Shown here: piece by piece, positions 56,784 to 64,000 of the stretch
Layout: each line of letters opens with the position of its first letter
Position numbering within the stretch: the stretch's first letter is position 1
Assembly (NCBI GenBank): GCA_051872335.1
Contig: JBJEDT010000025.1
Coordinates: forward strand, 51,365-115,364
Direction: 5' to 3'
DNA length: 64,000 nt
Origin: Bacilli bacterium
Lineage (GTDB): Bacteria > Bacillota_I > Bacilli_A > RFN20 > CAG-826
Program-made: the position numbers and the translations under genes
The notes under the pieces: model-generated
Database searches by the model: none
What the model was told of the DNA's origin: nothing
What the model saw: the letters and a program-made list of their open reading frames with translations, nothing else

Positions 56784-58489
56784 TTGCCTCCTTGTAATTT
56801 TTTCATAACTTCTGATACTTTATTTTCATCGACTTTTAAAACTTTACGATCATAAGTTAATAAACCATTGATTTCATCTTCAACATCACTAACTTGTGTG
56901 TATATTATAGCCGATAATTTATCTTTTATTGGAATAATTTCATTTTTATATAGATTTATAAAACCTTCTTCAAAATCTTCTTTAGTGTTGAAAAATTTAT
57001 ATCCGTAAGCATGGTTAGGATTAAAAATATGGTTTTTAACTTTATAAGAATATCCTCCAAATTCACTAATATAAATTGGTTTATCAATATCTTCTTTTAT
57101 ATTTATCTTCTTAAAATAAATATGTAAAGATTTAAACATGTTAGACTTTTGTTCAAACCAACCAGATGTATCATCAATTAATCTTGTATCATCATATGAT
57201 AATAATAATTCGTGCATTTTATCGGCATTATGTTGCCCCCATCCTTCGTTATAAATAGTCCATAAAACAATAGAAGGAAAAGGTTTTAAAAGTTCAACAG
57301 TTTTAATCATACCTTCTTTAAATATATCATTATATTTTTTATGCCTATGCTTATCAGATAAATGTAGATTTTTTATGACAGTTGGTAAAGCTGTATCAAT
57401 AATAAAACTATATGGAGCATTATTAACCATATCTTGGAATACAAGCATTCCATAAACATCACACATATAATAAAAATATAAAGGTTCAATTTTAATATGC
57501 TTTCTTAATGTATTAAAACCTAAATTTTTCATTGATAAAATATCAAACGCATAAGCTTTATAAGAAGCTGGTGTATAAATGCCATCAGGAAAATAACCTT
57601 GATCTAATACACCATTACAAAAATACTTTTTGTTATTTAAATAAATCTTATTATCTTTGATTTCAATTTTTCTTAAACCAAAATATGATGTAACATCATC
57701 TTCTTTAGTTTCTATATGTAAATCATATAAAAAAGGATCTTCTGGACTCCATAAATGAGGTTTATCTAGTTTTATTGTCAAATCATTGTCTTGGGTATTG
57801 ATTGAATAAATAATTTTATCTTCAATTTGAACACTAATTAATTTATTTTTTGCATTTGTATCAATGTGTAACAAAATACCATCTAAAGTTGGTAATACTT
57901 TTATATCAATATTTTTAATATATGTATTTGCTACACTTTCATACCAAACTGATTTCCAAATACCAGAACAAGGTGTATACCACATTCCACCTCTGTTTTT
58001 CTTTTGTTTACCATAGCAATATTTTTTATTAAGACTATCTTTAACTTTCACGATTAATTCATTTATACCATTAACCATAAATTTAGTTACATCATAACTT
58101 GATGGGATATAACCATTATTAGATAGTCCTACTAATACTCCATTAAGATATATTTCTGCGCATTGATCAACTCCATCAATGTGTAAAATATCTATATCTT
58201 TTCTAAAACTTTTATCGACAAAAAATTCTAATTTATAAAACAAATATTCATTGCTTTTTAATTTTCTTTGAACCCCTGATAATTCACTTTCAAGCGGATA
58301 AGGAACAGTAATTTTCCCTTCATAAGTTTTAGGAAATATACCTGTTTTATTAATAGCATAGTCCCACTGACCATTTAAATTAAGATAAGAAGCTCGACGT
58401 AAATTTGGTCGAGGATATTCTTGAAGTGGTGCGTCTTTATTAAAATCATCAGCAAAGGAAGTTCTCAAATTAACAAATTTATTCTTCAT
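56780..58489 (-). CDS. Glycoside hydrolase family 2 protein
   Basis: GH2 sugar-binding N-domain (…LNLNGQWDY…HIDGVDQCAEIYLNGVLVG) and the catalytic-acid region WTIYNEGWG. Confidence 0.6.
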   Translation of the reverse strand: MKNKFVNLRTSFADDFNKDAPLQEYPRPNLRRASYLNLNGQWDYAINKTGIFPKTYEGKITVPYPLESELSGVQRKLKSNEYLFYKLEFFVDKSFRKDIDILHIDGVDQCAEIYLNGVLVGLSNNGYIPSSYDVTKFMVNGINELIVKVKDSLNKKYCYGKQKKNRGGMWYTPCSGIWKSVWYESVANTYIKNIDIKVLPTLDGILLHIDTNAKNKLISVQIEDKIIYSINTQDNDLTIKLDKPHLWSPEDPFLYDLHIETKEDDVTSYFGLRKIEIKDNKIYLNNKKYFCNGVLDQGYFPDGIYTPASYKAYAFDILSMKNLGFNTLRKHIKIEPLYFYYMCDVYGMLVFQDMVNNAPYSFIIDTALPTVIKNLHLSDKHRHKKYNDIFKEGMIKTVELLKPFPSIVLWTIYNEGWGQHNADKMHELLLSYDDTRLIDDTSGWFEQKSNMFKSLHIYFKKINIKEDIDKPIYISEFGGYSYKVKNHIFNPNHAYGYKFFNTKEDFEEGFINLYKNEIIPIKDKLSAIIYTQVSDVEDEINGLLTYDRKVLKVDENKVSEVMKKLQGGK

Positions 58490-59810
58490 TACTTTCTTCC
58501 TCTATAACTTCTTTTTTTGATTTCAAATTTTTATTAATAAAGATAATAACAATAATACATACTAACGAAACAATTGCACCAGCTAAAAACATCATACTAG
58601 AAGGAGTGTAGTCATCACCAACTACACCAAAACCAGCATTAACACCACTTGATACTAAACTACCAATCCATGGTCCTACTAACATTGGAATTAAAACAGC
58701 AACAACAATTCTAATACCTTGAAATAAACCTACCTTTTTAGAAGGAGTATAATCACGTATCATTGCACCATGAACAGCATTTGATCCTAAAAATCCAGAA
58801 ATCATTAGTAAAGAACCAATAAAAATTACTATTGAATTAGTGAATGTTGTTAGCAGTATAAGCCCAACAACAAATAAGACTAAAGGAGTAATAATACCTT
58901 TTACAAAGCCTAACTTATCAATTAAGCGACCATATAAAACAGTAAAGACAGCAGCTAAAACAATTGCTGGAGCCATAATAAATACATAATTACTACCTAA
59001 CATAATATTTAAATAGATAACATAGTAAGGCATAAAAACTTGTTGCGCAATTGAAAAAATACAAAAAGATAAGAATACTAAATATAAAATTTTATTTTCT
59101 TTAATAACAGATGGTTTGAAACCATAAAAGATATTTTTAAAATATGGTTCTTCATTATTAGGAGATATATTAGGTTCCTCTATTAAAAAGAAACTTCCTA
59201 CTCCAACAAGTAAAACGGTTATACCTATAATAATAAATAAAACATCATATTTATAAGATAAGCCATCATCTGTAGTTAAAAACATTGCTCCACCAAAAAC
59301 AAGCAACATTGCAAGTAAAGGCATTGCACTGTTAACTCCTTCGATTTTTCCTCTATTTGTTTCATCACTAATATCAGTCATCCAAGCATTAAAACATGCA
59401 TCATTTGCTGAACTACCAAAGAATGTCATAATACAGTCAAAAATAATAACAAGAGATACACCAATTGTAGTAAATGATACACCTGTAGCAACACTCAAAT
59501 TATCGGCAAATTTTTGTAACAGTGCAAAACAAATAATTGTTACTCCCCATAAAATATAACCAGTAGCAATAAAAACTTTTCTTTTACCTAATTTATCAGA
59601 TAGAGCTCCAATAAATAAAGTTGTTAACGTTGCAGCAATAGCACTAAGAGAAACCATCAATGCAATTTGATTTAAGTTCGCACCAAAGACATCTCTTATA
59701 TATAAATTGAAAAAATTATTTTCAATAGCCCAAGCAACTTGACCAAATAAACTAATAATAACAATAACTAACCATGTTTTACCTTTTAATTTTGTTTTAA
59801 TGTTTTCCAT
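58479..59810 (-). CDS. MFS transporter (glycoside/GPH-type likely)
   Basis: 12-TM profile. Adjacent to the GH2 gene. Confidence 0.6.
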   Translation of the reverse strand: MENIKTKLKGKTWLVIVIISLFGQVAWAIENNFFNLYIRDVFGANLNQIALMVSLSAIAATLTTLFIGALSDKLGKRKVFIATGYILWGVTIICFALLQKFADNLSVATGVSFTTIGVSLVIIFDCIMTFFGSSANDACFNAWMTDISDETNRGKIEGVNSAMPLLAMLLVFGGAMFLTTDDGLSYKYDVLFIIIGITVLLVGVGSFFLIEEPNISPNNEEPYFKNIFYGFKPSVIKENKILYLVFLSFCIFSIAQQVFMPYYVIYLNIMLGSNYVFIMAPAIVLAAVFTVLYGRLIDKLGFVKGIITPLVLFVVGLILLTTFTNSIVIFIGSLLMISGFLGSNAVHGAMIRDYTPSKKVGLFQGIRIVVAVLIPMLVGPWIGSLVSSGVNAGFGVVGDDYTPSSMMFLAGAIVSLVCIIVIIFINKNLKSKKEVIEEESNEE

Positions 59811-59880
59811 AATTTTAGTCCTTTCTATTTATTTTAAAAAAGCATAAACCAATTCTATTGTATTTATGCCTAAATCTTTT

Positions 59881-60516
59881 CTATTTATCTGTTAATTTAT
59901 GTGATAAAACAGCTAACGAGCTTGCAAGGTTAACTGTTTCAATTACTACATCTTCTGGAGCACTAATATGAACATTTGCAAAATTCCAAATACCTTTAAT
60001 TCCACAATCTACCAAACGATCTACTACTCCTTGAGCTACATCACTAGGTACAGTAATAATAGCAATTTTTACATTTAATTGACTAATTAATTTTTCAAGA
60101 TTAGTCATTGAATATATTTTTTTGCCATTAATAATTTTTCCTACTTTTTTAGAAGCAATATCAAAACCGGCAAGAATTTCTAAACCATATTCAAGAAATC
60201 CTTCATACTTCATAAAAGCTTCACCTAAATGACCACAACCGATTATAACAGCACCCGTTGTATCACCATATCCTAAAAACTCATTTATATCACGAATAAG
60301 CTCATCTATTACACGACCTGCTTTAGGTTTGCCAGAAGATTTAGTAACAACTTGTAAATCTTTTCTAACTTGTTCTTCACTAAAGCCTAAAACAGCAGCT
60401 ATTTGTGGAGCAGATGTGTTAATTTTACCTTCCTTTTTTAAAGCAAGTAAATGATTTAAATATATAGGAAATCTTTCTAATTGTTTTGTTGATACAAGTC
60501 TTGTTACATCTTTCAT
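59881..60516 (-). CDS. rex: Redox-sensing transcriptional repressor Rex
   Basis: N-terminal wHTH (…RFPIYLNHLLAL…SAPQIAAVLGFSEEQVRKDL) and a Rossmann IIGCGHLG. Confidence 0.85.
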   Translation of the reverse strand: MKDVTRLVSTKQLERFPIYLNHLLALKKEGKINTSAPQIAAVLGFSEEQVRKDLQVVTKSSGKPKAGRVIDELIRDINEFLGYGDTTGAVIIGCGHLGEAFMKYEGFLEYGLEILAGFDIASKKVGKIINGKKIYSMTNLEKLISQLNVKIAIITVPSDVAQGVVDRLVDCGIKGIWNFANVHISAPEDVVIETVNLASSLAVLSHKLTDK

Positions 60517-60644
60517 TATTTATAGTCTCCTTAATTCATTAATAAAGTAATTTTTTACTTAATTTATTTTAAATCAATATAAGCCTTTTGTGAATAGTAA
60601 ATCAGTAAAAAAAAGAAAAATAAGCATTTTATCAGTAAAAATGC

Positions 60645-61721
60645 TTATTCATTATTTAGTTTATCAAATTCATTTATAAGATTATTTGCATATTCTTTAA
60701 ATCCTAAACTATTAGGGTGTAAATACCCATCAAAATACAAATCATAATTATGAGGAACTAAGTCTTTACCATTGATGATCATTACATTAGAATAATTTTT
60801 ACATATATTTTTTAAGTCTTTATGAATTAAAGAAAATTTTCCAACCTTTGTATCCTCATTTTTATCAGCTCTCCAAATTGGAGTTATTACATAGATTGGA
60901 GTGTTTTCAAACTTCGCAGTTAACTTATCAAAATATTTAGTGGCATTAATAATAAATTTTTCTTCACTTGAGCATAAGTTCCAGTCATTTGTTCCATAAG
61001 CAACAGTTATATAATCTGGTTTTATAAAAGAAGAAATATCTTTTATACTATGATGATTAAAATAATATCCTGCAACTCCTTGATTTAATATTCGAACATG
61101 TTTTTGTCTTTCAAAAAAAGTAATATAGTTTTTTGAAGGTCCAGAACTATAACAACCTTGAGTAATCGAATCTCCTAAAGCTAAAACTGTTTGATACTCA
61201 TTATCATTTTTAAAATACTTCTTATTAGTTTTTACATATTTTATACCTGTTTCTATATATAAAGGTAAGTATATTTCTACAAGTACTTTTTCTTTATTCT
61301 TATTTTTAAACTTAACGACAAATTTACTCTTGGTAAAACCTTGTTTACGTTTGACTAATTTATCATTAACTCTTATATCAAATCCATCAAAAAATTTTTC
61401 TTTACGCTTTGATTTGTTTTTAATACCATCCTTATTTTCTTTAGAAAATTCAAAAAGTGTTTTAAAACCTTCTTCTCTTAAAACACTAGAAACACCTTTA
61501 AAAATATGACGATGTTGAAACTTAATCTTTATTTTATTACCTGTTGTATAAAAAGAAATAATAACACCTGATGTTCCATGAGACATTAATTTAAAAAACG
61601 CTTTTTTATTATATTCACTAAATTGTTTTTCACTAAAACGATAAAAATAATAATAACCTTTTTTAGTTTTCTCATAAAAAACATAATTTGAAGTGAAATC
61701 AACAAGAGGAATTTTTTTCAT
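60645..61721 (-). CDS. SGNH/GDSL-type hydrolase domain protein
   Basis: LALGDSITQG (block I), AYGTNDW, and DGYLHP (block V). The start was moved to the ATG at 61721 (RBS AAAGGTGA); the track start at 61829 gives a junk-like extension that overlaps the divergent gene. Confidence 0.6.
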   Translation of the reverse strand: MKKIPLVDFTSNYVFYEKTKKGYYYFYRFSEKQFSEYNKKAFFKLMSHGTSGVIISFYTTGNKIKIKFQHRHIFKGVSSVLREEGFKTLFEFSKENKDGIKNKSKRKEKFFDGFDIRVNDKLVKRKQGFTKSKFVVKFKNKNKEKVLVEIYLPLYIETGIKYVKTNKKYFKNDNEYQTVLALGDSITQGCYSSGPSKNYITFFERQKHVRILNQGVAGYYFNHHSIKDISSFIKPDYITVAYGTNDWNLCSSEEKFIINATKYFDKLTAKFENTPIYVITPIWRADKNEDTKVGKFSLIHKDLKNICKNYSNVMIINGKDLVPHNYDLYFDGYLHPNSLGFKEYANNLINEFDKLNNE

Positions 61722-61789
61722 AATGTCACCTTTTCTTTTACTAATCTTTATCTTTATAATATAATATTTTCTATAAAGAAGGTGTAAAA

Positions 61790-62782
61790 ATGAAAAAAAA
61801 TAAACTACAAGTAAATAAAAAAGACACATCTGATCAAGAAATTAATGTAATATCTAAAGCTTCACGTCGTGCGTGGACAACCTTTGGAATTATTGCTTTT
61901 ATATTAATGACTATCTTCTTAGTAGCATGTATTATTGATATCTATCAATTTTTCTATTCTCTTAATGAAATTGCAGGTTATGTATCATTAGGAGTGATTA
62001 TCTTAGTTTTACTAATCTTTGTTGTTCGACCTATAGTTGTTGCTTTGTCTTCTCCTTGTTTTACTTTAGATGTTGTAGAAGAAGGTAACTTAAAAAAGCT
62101 TAATAAAAAGAATTATCGTAAACTTAAAAAAGTTGCTCAAAATTTACTTAATTCAAAAAATGTTTCTGATGAAAGCAAAAATTTAATAAAAAAATCATTA
62201 GGAAGTCATAAAAAATTAAATGAAACTTTAAAAAATATTTATGATAAAGAAATTACTAAAGATATTAATAAATTAATTAATCAAAAAGCAAGTGAAGTAT
62301 TACTTGCAACAGCTATTTCTCAAAATAGTAAATTTGATGCTTTATCAGTAATGTTAGTTAATATTCGTCTTATTATGCAAATAGTTGTTAGATGTGGTTA
62401 TCATCCATCTTATTCTCAACTTTCAAAACTTGTTATTAAAGTATTAAGAAATTCTTTAATTGCCTATACTGTTCAATCATTACATTTAGAAGATATTGTT
62501 GTTACAGGAATTAATAAGCTTGTTAAAGGAACTTTAACTGCAATTCCTGCTTTAAATGAAATCGCTAAAGGTTTAGTCCAAGGATCTGCAAATGCTTTAT
62601 TAACATTACGTATCGGTATTTTAACTCGTAAATATTTATATGAAGAATATAATATTCAACAATATCTACAAAACAAAGAAGAAATCAATCAAACAATTCT
62701 TGAAGATGCTCTTAATGAATCAAATAATAATATTGATTTAATCATTAATGAGTGCAAAAAAAAGAAAGTTGCTAATGCTTAA
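61790..62782 (+). CDS. Membrane protein, possibly DUF697/YcjF-like
   Basis: Two TM helices near the N-terminus and a long amphipathic helical C-domain. The family call is tentative. Confidence 0.35.
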   Translation: MKKNKLQVNKKDTSDQEINVISKASRRAWTTFGIIAFILMTIFLVACIIDIYQFFYSLNEIAGYVSLGVIILVLLIFVVRPIVVALSSPCFTLDVVEEGNLKKLNKKNYRKLKKVAQNLLNSKNVSDESKNLIKKSLGSHKKLNETLKNIYDKEITKDINKLINQKASEVLLATAISQNSKFDALSVMLVNIRLIMQIVVRCGYHPSYSQLSKLVIKVLRNSLIAYTVQSLHLEDIVVTGINKLVKGTLTAIPALNEIAKGLVQGSANALLTLRIGILTRKYLYEEYNIQQYLQNKEEINQTILEDALNESNNNIDLIINECKKKKVANA

Positions 62783-62790
62783 ACTTAAAT

Positions 62791-62843
62791 AAAAAAAATA
62801 GCCTTTTAAGTTAATTATCTTACTTAAAAGGCTATTGTTTTTT
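62791..62843. terminator. Bidirectional terminator hairpin between convergent genes
   Basis: atagccttttaagt…acttaaaaggctat stem, with T6 on the + strand and A8 (U8 on the minus transcript) on the other side. Confidence 0.65.
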
Positions 62844-62857
62844 AAAGAATTTAAATG

Positions 62858-63256
62858 TCATTTTACACGGTTTTTGCGGCACTCAATCTCATTGTTACCG
62901 AGAGCTCTAAGCATAATTTCAGCACTATTCATATTTGTTGCTAAAGGAATATTAGCAACGTCACATAATCTTAATAAAGCTGAAACATCAGGTTCATGAG
63001 GTTGTGCTGTTAATGGGTCACGTAGAAAAATAACTAAGTCGAGTTTGTTTTCTGCAATCATTGAACCAATTTGTTGGTCTCCACCAAGTGGACCCGAAAG
63101 CATACGATTGATTTTTAAGCCAGTTTCACCCATTACAAGAGTACCTGTTGTACCAGTTGCATACAAATCGTGTTGAGCTAAAATATCTTTATATTTTATA
63201 GCTAAATCAATCATTTTATTTTTCTTTTTATCGTGAGCAATAAGTGCAATCTTCAT
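62858..63256 (-). CDS. mgsA: Methylglyoxal synthase
   Basis: [12 protein letters not shown]…ATGTTG…[10 protein letters not shown]…[12 protein letters not shown] is the canonical MgsA pattern. 132 aa. Confidence 0.85.
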   Translation of the reverse strand: MKIALIAHDKKKNKMIDLAIKYKDILAQHDLYATGTTGTLVMGETGLKINRMLSGPLGGDQQIGSMIAENKLDLVIFLRDPLTAQPHEPDVSALLRLCDVANIPLATNMNSAEIMLRALGNNEIECRKNRVK

Positions 63257-63347
63257 ATTCGTCCTCCTACATTTAAAGTATATCTTAATTAATAACTAAC
63301 TTCAAATTTTGTAAGCACATTCATTATCATTTATTCTTAAAACACAA

Positions 63348-63911
63348 TTAAAGTTCGTAACCACCAAAGATTAATTTATAAGCGACGCCAGAAGTTTTCT
63401 CGTTTAGTTCAATTTCTCCACGAAGTATTCTTACTGCAAAATGTAATAAAGACTCCATTGATAAATAATAGAAAATAATACATTGATCATCAGTTAATCC
63501 TGGATTTTTAACTTCTAAAGCATTTCTTACAATCTTTAAATAGAATTCTCTAAATTCATTTGGTACTCTTTCACCATATTTTGAATGAATAATATTATAG
63601 AGTAATTTTGTTAAAACTGGATTATTCACAAAATATTTGACAATCTCATCCCATTTTTCATGGAAATCTTCAGGAGTGCCTTTAATATCTAGAGTTTTAG
63701 CACTTTCATAAAGATCACTACAAATCTTTTTATAAACTTCTGCCATTAAATTATCCATTGTTTTAAAATGAACAAAAACTAATGGGTCAGTGATACCACA
63801 AATTTTTGCAATTTTACGAGATGTGATTGCATCAACACCTTCTTCACTTCCAATTTGAATTGCTGCATTAAGCATTTTTTCATCAATATTTTCCAATGTT
63901 CTTCTTGCCAT
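63348..63911 (-). CDS. TetR/AcrR-family transcriptional regulator
   Basis: N-terminal HTH …GVDAITSRKIAKICGIT…. 187 aa. Confidence 0.7.
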   Translation of the reverse strand: MARRTLENIDEKMLNAAIQIGSEEGVDAITSRKIAKICGITDPLVFVHFKTMDNLMAEVYKKICSDLYESAKTLDIKGTPEDFHEKWDEIVKYFVNNPVLTKLLYNIIHSKYGERVPNEFREFYLKIVRNALEVKNPGLTDDQCIIFYYLSMESLLHFAVRILRGEIELNEKTSGVAYKLIFGGYEL

Positions 63912-64000
63912 ATTAAAACACCTCTTTTTTTAATTATGGTAAAAATAAGAAAGTTTTTCAATAAAAATAATTAAAATTTTTATAATGCTAAATAATTAAT

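Noticed and set aside
1-64000. Mollicute-type genetic code (TGA=Trp), given the very low GC
   Set aside because: Long ORFs terminate normally under the standard code. The presence of murA, uppP, sipW-type peptidases and GGDEF/EAL proteins indicates a walled Bacillota organism.

Overview
This is a 64 kb window from an AT-rich (about 27-30% GC by eye) low-GC Gram-positive (Bacillota-type) chromosome. It uses the standard genetic code: there are long uninterrupted ORFs and no sign of TGA recoding. The left edge carries the conserved holB(3' end)-yaaT/ricT-rsmI housekeeping block.

From about 6.7 to 25.3 kb there is a dense accessory locus that I read as a multi-paralog TasA/camelysin-type fibre or biofilm-matrix system. 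It contains:
- at least seven secreted proteins with TasA-like SipW-cognate signal peptides (hydrophobic stretch + T(F/Y)AW(F/Y)) and a shared C-terminal motif (LQFSFE / IW.EGWD)
- three archaeal/ER-type SipW-like signal peptidases, each with an extra C-terminal membrane anchor and a K/E-rich tail
- a membrane-anchored degenerate-GGDEF/EAL c-di-GMP phosphodiesterase
- an MtnN/Pfs-like nucleosidase
- the most unusual part, sitting inside the same operon-like array: a membrane-anchored McrB-like AAA+ GTPase immediately followed by a 709-aa partner protein made of an unknown N-domain, a roughly 230-aa K/E/R/A coiled coil and a poly-acidic tail

Other notable sequence features:
- murA carries seven in-frame copies of a 23-bp palindromic element (RPE-like), read in different frames.
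- There is a preQ1-I-type riboswitch with a terminator expression platform upstream of an extended queT.
- A DUF3800 gene is frameshifted at an A/T homopolymer.
- Two RimK-like ATP-grasp paralogs flank a Fur-family regulator.
- There are two DUF4143 AAA ATPase genes, plus a decayed third copy; both intact copies have tandem direct repeats in their leaders.

The right half of the window is mostly metabolic and housekeeping: mgtE, rluA-family, uppP, adhE, pepT, rex, mgsA, a GH2 hydrolase with an MFS transporter, and two GGDEF diguanylate cyclases. No integrase, transposase, CRISPR array, rRNA or tRNA was seen.
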